DNA of 64,000 nt from NCBI GenBank assembly GCA_030390025.1, contig CM059432.1, positions 136,092,001-136,156,000 of the forward strand. Reading direction: 5' to 3'. The notes below the pieces were generated by a model that did not search any database, was not told where the DNA came from, and saw only the letters and a list, made by a program, of their open reading frames with translations. Each line of letters begins with the position of its first letter. Position 1 is the first letter of the stretch. Of the stretch, positions 48,625 through 61,438 are shown piece after piece. Origin of the DNA: Squalus acanthias (taxonomy: Eukaryota). Position numbers and translations under genes: made by a program.

Positions 48625-48930
48625 AAGAACATAAGAACATAAGAATTAGGAGCAGGAGTAGGCCATATGGCCCCTCGAGCTTGCTCCGCCATTCAATAAG
48701 ATCATGGCTAATCATCGACCTCTGTCTTGAACATGCTCAGTGACTAGAGTATCCACAGCCCTCTGGGGTAGAGAATTCCAAAGATTTACAACCCTCTGAG
48801 TGAAGAAATTTCTCCTCATCTCAGTCCTAAATGGCCGACCGCTTATCCTGAGACTATGACCCCCCCCCGCCTCCCGCCCCCCCAGTCTAGACTCTCCAGC
48901 CAGGGAAAACAGCCTCTCAGCATCTAGCTT
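48625..48930 (-). mobile_element. CR1 LINE 3' end (internally deleted)
   Basis: GHSLRISGRPFRTEMRRNFFTQRVVNLWNSLP plus tail. Confidence 0.88.
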
Positions 48931-49265
48931 GATTTTGAAAAAAACCTCGACCCAGGTTTGTAAATAGTATATTGACATTTGCTCCACTTCCAGGGATTTC
49001 TCTAATGTCATGCAAGTTCTGGATTTGGCAACTTGCCAACGCTGTGACCTGGAACCAGCCGCTGGAGCAATGGGGCATTAGCCAAGGTCATTTTGTTGGA
49101 GGCTTTTTAGCCCCTTTTAAAAAATATATTAATTACAAGCTAAGTTCCTTGATAGTTACTCCAGAAAAGAAACAGATGACGTTTTTTAAAGAGCTGTGGC
49201 AGTCCTCTCCCCCAACTTTGGCTAAGAACCTGGGAAAGGTAAAAGTCTAGTATTGTCATGGCAAA

Positions 49266-49728
49266 TAAAGAAAGAAAGACTTGCGTTCCTATAGCGCCTT
49301 TCACGACCACCGGACGTCTCAAAGCGCTTTACAGCCAATGAAGTACTTTTTTGGAGTGTAGTCACTGTTGTAATGTGGGAAACGCAGCAGCCAATTTGCT
49401 CCCACAAACAGCAATGTGATAATGACCAGATAATCTGTTTTTGTTATGTTGGCTGAGGGATAAATATTGGTCCAGGACACCGGGGAGAACTCCGCTGCTC
49501 TTCTTCAAAATAGTGCCGTGGGATCTTTTACATCTACCTGAGAGAGCAGACGGGGCCCCGGTTTAACGTCTCATCTGAAAGACGTCACCTCCAACAGTGC
49601 AGCACTCCCTCAGCACTACACTGGAGTGTCAGCCTAGCTTTATGTGCTCAAGTCCCTGGAGTGAGACTTGAACCCACAACCTTCTGACTCAGAGGCGAGT
49701 GTGCTACCAACTGAGCCACAGCTGACAC
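49266..49728 (-). mobile_element. Full-length SacSINE1-like tRNA SINE
   Basis: A/B boxes, body and (TTTC)n tail. Confidence 0.9.
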
Positions 49729-49840
49729 CAAGTCAGGACCTCTTATACAAAAGATCAAACAGCTAAAGAGAATTATCACTAACTATAATATAATTTCTTT
49801 TCTTTCATTTCTGTTGACTTTATTGCATCAAATTTCTTTT

Positions 49841-50290
49841 AAAGAAAGAAAGAACTTGTATTTATACACCACCTTTCATGACCTCAGGATGTCCCAACGC
49901 GCTTTACAGCCAATGAAGTACTTTGGAAGTGTGGTCACTGTTGTAATGTAGGAAACGCAGCAGCCAATTTGTGCACAGCAAGCTCCCACAAACAGCAATG
50001 TCACAATGACCAGATAAACTGGTTTTTTTTTATGATGTTGGTTGAGGGATAAATGTTGGCCAGGACACCGGGGAGAACTCCCCTGCTCTTCTTCGGAATA
50101 GTGCCGTGGGATCTTTTCTGTCCACCTGAGAGGGAAGACGGGGCCTCGGTTTAACATCTCTTCTGAAAGACGGCACCTCCGACAGTGCAGCACTCCCTCA
50201 GTACTGGCACTGGGAGTGTCAGCCTGGATTGGGTCTTGAAGCCACAACGTTCTGTCTCAGAGGTGAGAGCGCTATCACTGAGCCATGGCT
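49841..50290 (-). mobile_element. SacSINE1-like tRNA SINE
   Basis: Colinear with the adjacent copy. Confidence 0.9.
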
Positions 50291-50451
50291 ATGTCGTGAG
50301 AGGTGATGACATCAGTGAGGGGACTGTCTTGAAGGAGTTTGTGAGCCTGACATTGTGCGAGAGCTGAACTGACAAATGAAGGTGATGGCAGGATACTGAA
50401 GAAATCTGGGTTAATGGTTGTCAATAGAACAATCCCGCCTACAGTAATTAT

Positions 50452-51096
50452 TTTTTATTTTCCTGGGATCTGGGCGTCACTGACAAGGCCAGCATTTACG
50501 TCCATCACTAATTGCCCTTGAGAAGGTGGTGGTGAGCCGCCTTCTTTAACCGCTGCAGTCCATGTGGTGAAGGTGCTCCCACAGTGCTGTTAGGGAGGGA
50601 GTTCCAGGATTTTGACCCAGTCACAATGAAGGATCGGCGATATACTTCCAAGTCAGGATGGTGTGTAACTTGCAGGGGAACTTGCAGGTCGTGGTGTTCC
50701 CATGCGCCCGCTGCCCTTGTCCTTCTAGGTGGTAGAGGTCACGTGTTTGGGAGGTGCTGCCGAAGAAGTCATTGCGAGTTGCTGCAATGCATCTTGTAGA
50801 TGGTACACACTGCAGCCACGGTACACCGGTGGTGGAGGGAGTGAATGATTAAGGTGGTGGATGGGGTGCCAATCAAGTGGGCAGCTTTGTCATGGATGGT
50901 GTCGAGCTTCTTGAGTGTTGTTGGAGCTGCACTCATCCAGGCAAGTGGAGAGTATTCCATCACACTCCTGACTTGTGCCTTGTAGATGGTAGAAAGGCTT
51001 TGGAGAGTAAGGAGCTGAGACACTTGCAGCAGAATACCCAGCCTCTGACCTGCTCTTGTAGCCACAGTATTTATATGGCTGGTCCAGTTAAGTTTC
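50452..51096 (-). mobile_element. CR1-group LINE 3' end (same family as 4415-5700)
   Basis: ORF 50769-51065 ATRAGQRLGIL...IYKAQVRSVMEYSPLAWMSAAPTTLKKLD. Confidence 0.85.
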
Positions 51097-51749
51097 TAGA
51101 TTATTTTGAGTTCATTGTGTGGCACAAAATTGTTATCTTGGTACAGTATTAAAGTTACTTTAGGTTACCTGTTGTTCAGTCACAGTCAACATTTTGGATT
51201 AATCACAGACATAATGAACAACACAACAGTAATGAATCTCTAACTATTAAGGGACAAACCTGACTAAAATAAGATAAATTCTTCCACCACTTTTTGTGCT
51301 TGAAAACCTACATGAGATTGGGAGCTTGCTGTGCGGGGAATTGAGACTTGTAATTGGTGCTTTAGGATCAGCAAACTGGTGGAGTGCTAATATTCCCCAA
51401 TGATCCCCCACCCCCCCCGCACACATCCTTTGATGGAGCATTCCACTGCCACCAAATGGTTCATGTCATGGCTTGCCTGCCTGTCCAAGACAATGCAAGA
51501 CAGTTGAAATTGGGATTGAAAAATCAGACCTTCAAAGTCCAACTAACTGTACATGTAGTTGGTTCTTCTAACGTTCTCTCTAATTACAAAACTGCACATG
51601 GAGCCAACTTGCAACTTTTCTGGGTGAGATCAACTCTTCAGTTTTTAGTTGAAAGGTCACAAAGAGTTACATGTGACATGTTTAATTGTAGAGTGAAACA
51701 GTTCATTTACCTTTCAGGAATCATGGGCCTTTATAATACCTTTTCCTCT

Positions 51750-51868
51750 AACTTGCAGGGCTACATGGAAAGAGCAGGGGGGGAGTGGGACTAATTGGAT
51801 CGCTGTTTCAAAGAGCCGGCACAGGCACGATGGGTCGAATGGCCTCCTCCTGTGTGGTAAGATTCTAT
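51750..51868 (+). mobile_element. CR1 3' tail
   Basis: Matches 30760-30875. Confidence 0.8.
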
Positions 51869-54800
51869 GGCCTAGAAATTTGATAAGGCCCGAAAACGAG
51901 TGATGCCATCGCGGGGCGAGATTTGCTCGCGCCCGTAAAATAATCGCATGCAGCACGTTATTTTGGCGCTGCCTGCTGATTTGAATGATTTTAGCGCACA
52001 GCCAAGCTCTCAGTGGGAGGCCCAATGTCACTTCCCTGTAGCGTCCCTGGAGCGAGGCTGACTTTTCTTAAAGCAAGGCTTTCATTTTAGAAAGCAGTCT
52101 CGAGCCCTTAAAGGAGAAAAGGTTCTGAATTTTTTTTTTAAATCATTCAAAAATAGGCAGTCTCTGTCCCTTAAAGCTCAACTGCCTTCTGAAAAACAAA
52201 ACCCATTAAAAATCATTCCAAACTAGGCAGTCTTCAGCTCTTAAAGCTGAACTGCCTTCCGCATGTAAAAAATAGTAAAAGTGCTTCAGCACTAACACAA
52301 ATGGCTCAACAGGCCAGGGAAATGGCACCCAGGGTCTCGCCCGCAGCGCTCCAGCTTTGTGTAGGGGGTCAAAAGTGGAATAGAGGTCCTCTACCTGCAG
52401 TGGGGCAAGAGGCCCTCCAGAAAGAACGATGTGGAACCAGATCGCCGAGACGGACACTGCCAGCAGTGTCGCCCCCAGAACCTGGCTCCAGTGCCCAAAG
52501 AAGCTTCATGACCTCAGACAAGTGGTCTAGGTCAGTGAATGCGTCTTCAAAAGCCGCCTCCTACCAACTGCACCACTAGCCTCACGCACTGCTCGATGCA
52601 CGACTCCCCCACCCCCATCACTCACCTATCAAACACAAGGCACACCTCCAATTCCTAGCTTCACCTCATCCCCTTGGAGGAGATGGTGCTGGCCATTCTT
52701 GGCAGGGGCATGGCTGAGCCCTTGGCCAATGGTGGGGCAGAAAGGATACAAGATGCTGGTATCCTCATATGTTATCCTCTTTCTCACATCGCACTTCCCC
52801 CTCATCCCACAATATTTTCTGATGTAAAAGCTGCGCATGGCGTAAGCATTCAGCTCTTGCTTTCCTGCCCTCTCCTCACAACAACCCTACACTTGTGCCT
52901 TCCTCATTTCACACACCCAAGAAATACAGCCTGCCCAGCCAACGGTTGACCAAGAAGAGGGAGAGGAGAGTGAAGAAGGAGAAGAAACACCTTCACTCAA
53001 TTTCATACTCCCAGCCACCAGCTCCATGAGGTTGTCTTGCAAGGCCATTTGCAATGTCCTCCACTGAAAGTCAGCAGCCTTCCTCCAGCCATGCTGCAGC
53101 CACTGGGGTAGCACTGCGTGACATCACTAGGATAGGCAAAGGCACACACAAGGCAGTCACTAAGGGAATGCAAATAGATGATTAGTTGATTTCTTGATGT
53201 CTTATTGGATGGAAAGATGTATAAAGTTGGATTGGAAAGTTTTCTTTGTGGTGGCTTTTATTTCAGCATTGTGGCCAAGAGGAAGCTGTGATGGACTGGG
53301 GAGGTGTGATCGGCAGAGAGGGGGTAGGGAAAGCCAACTCCAACGGTACCCTCCTCCTGACGAAATGCTTAGAACATGGCCTGGTCATAACCAACACCTT
53401 GTTCCGTCAGAGAGACAAGTACAAGGCTTCATGGCAACACCCTCGCTCCAAGCACTGGCATCTGCTGGACTACGTCATCGTCCGAGCGAGGGACCGCAAG
53501 GACGTCCGCATCACCCGCGCCATGACAGGAGCTGACGACTGCTGGACAGACCACCGCCTAATCCGCTCTGTCATCTCCATCAATGTAGCCCCAAAACAGC
53601 GGCGGCAACAGAAGCAATGCCGCAGGAAAATCAACGCTGGAGCACTCAAAGACCCTGCTAAGAAAGTCCTATTCAGCCTGCGCCTCACAACCAATCTGAC
53701 GACTCCCAGTGATTCAAAGACACAGAGTGTCCACAGCGCCTGGTCTGCACTCAAGGCCTCCATAATCAGCACCTGTGAAGAGACGCTCGGTCACTCGACC
53801 AGGAAACACCAAGACTGGTTCGACGAGAACGACCAGGAGATCCAGGAGCTAATAAGCCGCAGGCGCCAGGCATTCCTGATCTGGAAACAGCAACAGAACT
53901 TGAGAGCAAGAAAACAGCCTGAAGACTGAGGTCCAACAAAAAACTCGCGACCTAAAGAACAGATGGTGGGTGGAGAAAGCGCAGGAGATCCAGCAGCTAG
54001 CCGACAACCACGATGTGCGTGGATTCTTTAGCACAGTCAAGACCACCTACGGCCCAAGCACCCAAGGTCCTACCCCACTGCGGGCCAAGAACGGAGAGGT
54101 ACTCATCAAGGACAGAGAGGCAGTCAGTGCCCGCTGGAAGGAGCACTTCGAAGATCTCCTTAACTGAGACTCTGTCTTCGACACGAGTGTCCTCAACTCC
54201 ATCCCGCAGCATGCTACCCGCCACCACCTCAGCACAACCCCAGCCCGGCATGAGGTTGAAAAGGCCATCCGACAACTGAAGAACAACAAGGCCTCAGGAG
54301 CAGATGGAATCCCCGCCGAGGCACTAAAACATGGCAGAGAAGCACTATTGGTGCGAATATATGAACTCATTTCTCTTATTTGGAAGGAGGAGAGCATGCC
54401 AGGGGATCTCTGAGACGCCGTAATCGTGACCATCTTCAAGAAAGGTGACAAGTCTGATTGCAATAATTACAGAGGAGTCTCCCTGCTGTCTGCCACAGTG
54501 AAAGTCATCGCAAGAATCCTCCTCAATCGCCTTCTTCCAGTGGCTGAAGAGCTCCTCCCAGAGTCGCAATATGGATTCCGCCCACTAAGGGGCACAATGG
54601 ACATGATCTTCCGCACGTCAACTACAAGAGAAATGCAGGGAACAGCACCAACATGTACATGGCCTTCTTTGACCTCACAAAGGCCTTCGACACCGTCAAC
54701 CGTGAGGGATTATGGAGTGTCCTCCTCAAATTCGGCTGCCCTCAAAAGTTTGTCACCATCCTCCACCTGCTTCATAACGACATGCAAGCCGTGATCCTGA

Positions 54801-56881
54801 CCAATGGATCCACCACAGACCCAATTCATGTACGGACCGAGGTCAAGCAAGTCTGTGTCATCGCACCAACGCTCTTCTCGATCTTCCTGGCTGCAATGCT
54901 CCATCTTACCCTCAGTAAGCTCCCCGCTGGAGTGGAGCTAATCTACAGAACAAACAGGAAACTGTTCAACCTCCGTCGCCTCCAGTCCAGATCCAAGATC
55001 GTTCCATCCTCTGTCATCGAATTACAGTATGCAGACGACGTTTGCGTCTGCGCACACTCTGAGGTCAAGCTCCAAACCATCGTCAACACCTTCGCTGAAG
55101 CATACGAGAGCATGGGCCTTACACTAAACATCCGTAAGACAAAGGTCCTCTACCAACCTGCCCCCGCCACACAGTACTGCCTCCCGATTATCAAAATCCA
55201 TGACGAGGCCTTGGACAACGTGGACCACTTTCCATACCTCAGGAGCCTACTGTCAACAAGGGCAGAGGTCAATGATGAAGTCCAACATTGCCTTCAGTGT
55301 GCCAGTGCAGCCTTCGGTCGCCTGAGGAAGAGAGTGTTTGAAGACCAGGACCTCAAACCCAGCACCAAGCTCATAGTCTACAGAGCAGTAGTGATACCCG
55401 CCCTCCTGTATGCTTCAGAGACATGGACCATGTACAGCAGGCACCTCAAAGCAACACTGCCTCTGCAAGATCCTGCAAATCCATTGGCAGGATAGGCGCA
55501 CCGATGTCAGTGTTCTCACTCAGGCCAACATCCCCAGCATCGAAGCTTTGACCACACTCGATCAGCTCCAATTGACAGGCCACATCATCTGCATGCCCGA
55601 TACGAGACTCCCAAAACAAGCACTCTACTCGGCGCTCCGACACGGCAAGAGAGCCCCAGGTGGGCAGAGGAAACACTTCAAGGACACCCTCAAAGCCTCC
55701 TTGAAAAAGTGCAACATCCCCACCGACATCTGGGAATTCCTGGCCCAAGACCGCACAAAGTGGAGGAGAAGCATCCGGGAAGGCGCCGAACACCTCGAGT
55801 CTCTTCACCGGGAGCAAGCGGAAGCCAAGCGCAAACAGCAGAAGGAGCGCACATCAACCCAAGCGCCCCACCCACCCGCCCCTTCAACCATTGTCTGCCC
55901 CACCTGTGACAGAGACTGCAGGTCCCGGATTGGACTCATCATTCACCTGAGAACTCATTTTTAGCATGGAAGTAAGTCATCCTCGGTTCCGAGGGACTGC
56001 CTAAGAAGAAGAAGAGATGTATAAAGTTGGATTGGAAAGTTTTCTTTGTGGTGGCTTTTATTTCAGCATTGTGGCCAAGAGGAAGCTGTGATGGTCAGTA
56101 ACAGAGGGAAGGTAAGGTGTGGGACTAATGTTGAAAGGGGAATTGGAGTTGTGGTGACTGGTACCACAGGCAGATGATTCGATCCCGGATATCCTGGCCA
56201 GAAAGGGGCTGTCTGGGTTGCCTCCTTCCTTCTGCTCCCTCCACTTCTGCTTCTTCCTTTCCCTTCTCTTCTGCGTCTTCCTCTTCTGCATCTTCCTCTT
56301 CTGCTTCCTCCTCTTCTGCTTCTTCTTCTTCTGCTTCCTCCTCTTCCCTCTGCAAGCAGCTTTTCCCCTTTGCTGCCTGTGCTTCATCTCCATGTGTCCC
56401 AGGACTGTGATCAAGTGGTGCTCTCAGAGGCCTTCCTTTAACATCCAAAGCCTTGCAAGCATCCAGCAGCACTCACTGCACGCCCTGCACACTTTAACAA
56501 CTTTTTAAATGTATTGCACTAAGCCACTACTTCAATAAAATATTTTTTAAATTCCAAAAGCTGAAATCGAAACTTACCTGAAAGATGTGTGTGTCCCTTT
56601 AAGAAGCGCTGACAGCGTCTCTGCAGTACCGCTGCACGCACGTTCTTCCGTGTGTGGTTAGGAGAGGTCATCATGGCGTGCGGCGACGTCCAAAAGCGTT
56701 GCTCGCCGATTGATATCACGATCTGCACATTTGCATTGGAGAGGTGAGCTCTGGCAATGGCAGCGCCATCGACCTCTTCAGAATGGTGGCCTCCGTGCCC
56801 TGTGCCGGAAGCAAGACGGCCGCCATTTTTTCAGGAAATATGGCAATACTGGTCGGCGCTGAGGTAGGGAACTTCTCGGCC
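51869..56881. mobile_element. Internally deleted Harbinger transposon (Myb/SANT +, nuclease tail -) carrying an RTE insertion
   Basis: Ends GGCCTAGAAATT / AACTTCTCGGCC; MAQQAREMAPR...WNQIAET..ASSVAPRTWLQCPKKLHDL at 52301-52530; acidic tail and RRQPRQPLSGQDIRDRII at 56125-56472 (-). Confidence 0.8.
53295..56014 (+). mobile_element. RTE-clade LINE (2.7 kb, 5'-truncated; EN C-terminus, RT, C-terminal C2H2; stops and frameshifts)
   Basis: WQHPRSKHWHLLDYVIV...WTDHRL, NYRGVSLLS, FFDLTKAFDTVNR, LQYADD, CPTC...HLRTH; (AAG)n tail; 80-bp TSD. Confidence 0.95.
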
Positions 56882-57195
56882 AGCGATTCTAAATCATTCT
56901 TCTGAAGCTCACTGGATTACAGGAGTGCAGATGTTCCATTCAACCTTTTATTACAGTTAATATAAAAAGCACAACTCAGACCAAAGAGGGTGAAAAATTA
57001 ATCATAATAAATAAAAGCTTATTGCAGAGACAGTGAATTCAATTCTTTAGTTGGTAAAATTCTGCACAGAAATTAGTTTTCTGAAGATTCAATTGAAATC
57101 CATTTAGCCCTAGCTTTTTCAATTTCAAAAAAGTCTCAAAATTATGAAAGTTATGCCAGTTTACAAGTCATCAGTTTGTACGTTGGCCCACTAAA

Positions 57196-57959
57196 CGGCC
57201 AGAAATTCGGCGCTTGTCGGGTGAGTACGCGTTGTGTACTCACCCGTAAGGCCACCTGAAGTGCCGGTTTCCTGCATGCACTGCGCGTGCACGGGAAACC
57301 GGAACTTCCGTTCCCCTGAAGGAAGGGGTTCAGAAGTCGAACGCGTGCGCGGGAGAGGCTGCGCGCACGCAGCGAACTTCAGGTTTTTTTTCAGGTTTCT
57401 CCGGGAAGGTAAATATGGAGAAGCTGCGCTTTTAAAAAGGAGGCGCAAGGCCTGTTTTTAACAAGGTAAGTGGTTAATTAATTACAATTTTAAATTTTTT
57501 TCAACAGGTTTATCTTTTTTAGATACTTTAAAGAAAGGTAAGTTTATTTTTAGCACCGTTAAAAAGTATAATTAATTTTTTCAAAAATTTAAATTTTTGT
57601 TTTAAGTAGATAATTTATTTAACTTATAGTTATTTTAAAAATGTGATTTTTAAAAAAAATTTATTTAAAGTTTAAGTGTGGTTTTGGGGCCGATCTCTAT
57701 TCATAGATTTGACAGGTCTTCCTGTCAAATCTATGAATGAAAATGCCCTGCTAGGATTGGCTCTCCATGGCCCACGTGATCCCAGGGGACGCTTCGAACT
57801 AACTGCGCCCCTGGGATACGCAAGCACTGCGCGCCGGCAGCTGCAGGAGGCCCAGGACCCGAAGTCCTCGTGGGCCCAAAGCACAACTGCAGGCGCGGTA
57901 GGCAAGTACGCGCGCGATGCTTGCACCCGCAGGAAGCCTGAAAGCCGAATTTCTGGCCC
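57196..57959. mobile_element. ~745-bp hairpin/splice-site MITE, copy 5 (inverted, most diverged)
   Basis: TIRs GGCCAGAAATTCGGC / GCCGAATTTCTGGCC; colinear with copy 4. Confidence 0.85.
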
Positions 57960-58069
57960 ATTATAAATAATCATAATCAGCAAGTGGGCATTTTAGTGGG
58001 GACTGGTAAAAACGATGGACCTAAATCTGGCCTTTTGCCAAAATAGTCTGATTTCGCTACAGATTTTTT

Positions 58070-58769
58070 GGGAGGAAAATTGAGTCGCGCCCCCTTTTAG
58101 CGCCCCGGAAAAATTAGCACCCCCGCGGCAGAAATTGAGTGGTAGCGCCCCAAGACGGAAGCGGGGCACTACTGGAAGCGCCCTGCCTCCCTCTTGGGGC
58201 GCTGCGAGGGAATATTTCGGCGCTATGTGCCGCGGTATTGCAGGCCTTCTCCTCTTCTTAAAGGGGAGGGGCCTTGCGCAGCGCGACCCGGGGCCCAGCT
58301 GGGCCACCGGGATCGGAGTGCCGGCAAAAGAGCCCGGCACTCAAGAAAAGTGGCGGGCTCACGGAGCGCAGCTGGCACTCCGCGGTGGGGCAGGTCAGGA
58401 GGCTGGGGACGGGAGCGGAGGCAGGTGCTGGCAGGCGGCCAGCAACAAATATGGCCACCCAGCACCTAGCCTTCAAATGGCGCCGCCCTGGCCGCAGGTA
58501 GGTCCCCCTGACCCCGTCGGACATAGCGTCCGGCGGTAAGTCAGGGGGCACTACTGAAGATCGCAGTCGGGGCGCGAGCAGGGCGCTGCACACGGTGATG
58601 ACGTCATTGCCAGTGGCGCAGCACCGCAGGGTGCTAATGGTTACCGCCGCCGCTAACCTCCCGCTGAATTTTGCAGGAGGCGTTGGCGGTGCTGCGCCCA
58701 GGCGCTAGTTGCTTTGCACCCCGTTAGCGGGCGCTAAAGGGAGGCGCAAAGCAACCGAATTTTTCCCCC
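58070..58769. mobile_element. GC-rich Harbinger-type MITE
   Basis: Ends GGGAGGAAAATT / AATTTTTCCCCC with TTT flanks; homologous to 31886-32572. Confidence 0.72.
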
Positions 58770-59449
58770 TTTTTCTTTAACAATACGTCATGTTGTTTTC
58801 TGCCTTCAACATGGTGGCTATTTCTGTTAGTGTCAATCAGAAAGCCTAAGATCGATCAATCTGTTTCACCCATGTCAGCCAGAGTTTTTCCTATGGACCA
58901 CATTGCAGCCCCCAGCCATCAAGTGACTGTATTCACAAGCCTCGGCCAATGAGCCAGCTGCTATGAGGTGCATCAGCGCGCGGATTGACCTGACCTCAGA
59001 GGTTTTTCCTCTGTTCTCTGGAGGGAAGCAACCCTTACCTCTGCTCCCTCCCCACTTCCCCATTCGTTGACATTTAGCAAAGAGGAGAGTGTTAATCTGT
59101 TGCCAACGTTGCAAGTTTAATGAGGATAATTGGTGCTCTGAATGAATGAATGTGTGTAAATTTGATGATTCATGAAGTTGTTGCTTGTTTAATAAATGAG
59201 CCTAGTGTTTGTTTTTAATGCTTTCATGTGAATTTTATTATTGACAACATGTGGTATTTCAATTTGACTGATGAGAAAATTAACTCAGATGTGGTAAAAT
59301 TATTCCTAAGATTTCGCTAAATAGCTCTGCAGATTGCCATATCTTTCACCAAAAAAATGACAAAACCTACCAAAGCTCTTGATTTCCATTGAGTCTGCTG
59401 AACATTTCTAATGCTTACAAACTACTATCGTTTCATGATATTTAATGAT

Positions 59450-59720
59450 ACCTCTTGCGTATCCCCCACATCCTTCCCCCCACCATTGGCAGCTGTGCCT
59501 TCAGCCGTCCAGGCCTTAAGCTTTGGAATTCCCTTCCCAAACTTCTCCTCCTCTCCACCTCTCTCTCCTCCTTTAAGATGCTGCTTAAATCCTACCTCTT
59601 TCACCAAGCGTTTGGTCAACTGACCTGACGTCTCCTCTTTTGGTTCGGTGTCAATTCAGTGTGAAGCTCCTTGGGACGTTTTACTACGTTAAAGGCGTAC
59701 ATCAATGAAAATTGTTGTTA
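59450..59720 (+). mobile_element. L2 LINE 3' end
   Basis: CACCATTGGCAGCTGTGCCTTCAGC...GGGACGTTTTACTACGTTAAAGGCG. Confidence 0.85.
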
Positions 59721-60754
59721 TAAGGCGTTCAGAATCCAACAGGTTACGCGATGTAGGAAGTTGCTTCTGCTGTATGGTTCTTGCCCTCTCTATAAAATGC
59801 TCCCTTATCCTACTCATGTCAATTGAATCTAATATGCATTGTGTTTAAGGGATGGGTACCTAAAATCTGTCCCTAACAACTCAGATCATCTGAAAACGGC
59901 TCCGTTTTCCAAAGCCACAAGCTGCAATCATCAGAAACCCAAGGATCTTGTGCTTGCCTCATTCAAAACCGCAGTAGAAGCTTCAAAGCGCAAACCTACA
60001 CATGGGCCTTCAACAGGCATGCTTGCCAGTCATGTAGCAGCATGGTTAACCAATTAAGGCGTGCGTAGATACGAGGTAATACTGTCTGTAATGTTTATAC
60101 TTTATCGCAACTCATTGTAACAATCATTTTATTTTCACTGCTCTGCAAAACATTTGCAGAAACAAGGGCATTAAACCAGATTTGCACATTTCCACATAAA
60201 ATCCATGTGGTATTAAATGGGAAGTAAGTAATGCCTGATTATAAGTCATACTCTGAATTTTTAAAGGGATTGTTCCATTGATTCTGAAATTATTTGTACT
60301 GTAAGCTCCGTGCTCTAGAAAAAGAGACAGTTAATTTATTGTCTTGTACTTTAGACTAAAAACGTCAAGTCATTTCCTCAAGAATACATGTCAAAGCAGA
60401 TTAAGCTTCGCCCAGGGGAGAAGGACAGCCTAATATGAATAACCATGACTGCATTCTCTAAATATTGCCATCGAGGACATGAAGACAGGTAACATTCAGC
60501 GATGGCCCAATTTTTGGTTCCCTTTCTTCCAGCACCTGGAACCTCGGAGCAGCTTTTCACTGAAGCGATGGGAAGCCTACCACTCAAATGTACCAAGAGG
60601 GGAGTACTGAAGCAAACCCCTTTTTTAACACCTCAAGACTGAAGCACCACTTTGAGCCGAGCAGCAATGCTACGTATACAGCCTGTGTTTCAAAGCATTC
60701 TCGCGATTCAATGTGTCGAGTAGAATGCTTAGGACTCTAAGTGATGGCTTCGCC

Positions 60755-61092
60755 CTTACAATCCTCTGAGAACTCTGCGCTCCTCCAATTCTCATCCTTA
60801 TTTTCAAATCCATCCAGGGCTCCACCCCATCTTATGTGTGCAACCTCGTCCAACCCTCCGAGATCTTTGCACTCCTCCAATTCTGATCGCTTGTGCATCC
60901 CTTGACTTTCATCGCTCCACCATTGGCGACCATGCCTTAACTTGCCTAGGCCCTAAGCTCTGGAATTCCATCCCTACACCGCTCTACCTTACTACTTCTC
61001 TCCCCTCCTTTAAGACACTCCTTAAAACCTACCTCTTAGACCAAACCGTGTCCTAATATCACCATATGTGGCTTGATGTCAAATTTTGTTTC
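60755..61092 (+). mobile_element. L2 LINE 3' fragments
   Basis: CCTAGGCCCTAAGCTCTGGAATTCC...CCTTAAAACCTACCTC. Confidence 0.82.
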
Positions 61093-61125
61093 TGGGGGAG
61101 GAAATTGATAAAACACAAATCACAT

Positions 61126-61438
61126 AGAAAGAAAGCAAGACTTGCATTTATATAGCACCTTTCACGACCTGAGGATGTCCCAAAGCGCTTTACAGCCAAT
61201 GAAGTACTTTTGAAGTGTAGTCACTGTTGTAATGTAGGAAACGCGGCAGCCAATTAGTGCACAGCAAGCTCCCACAAACAGCAATATGTTAATGACCAGA
61301 TCATTTGTAATTTATTCATATTGTTTGAGGGATAAATATTGGTCAGGATGGCAGGGAGAACTGCCCTGCTTTTCATCGAAATAGTGCTGTGGGATCTTTT
61401 ACGCCCAACTGAGAGGGCAGATGGGGTTCTTGCTTAGC
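61126..61438 (-). mobile_element. SacSINE1-like SINE (5'-truncated)
   Basis: Family tail and body. Confidence 0.85.

Noticed and set aside
58070..58769. CpG island or host promoter with several ORFs
   Set aside because: Bounded by TIRs and homologous to 31886-32572; ORFs reflect GC richness.
60375..60495. Possible exon ending ACAG|GTAAC
   Set aside because: Stops occur in all three frames across the candidate interval and there is no other support.
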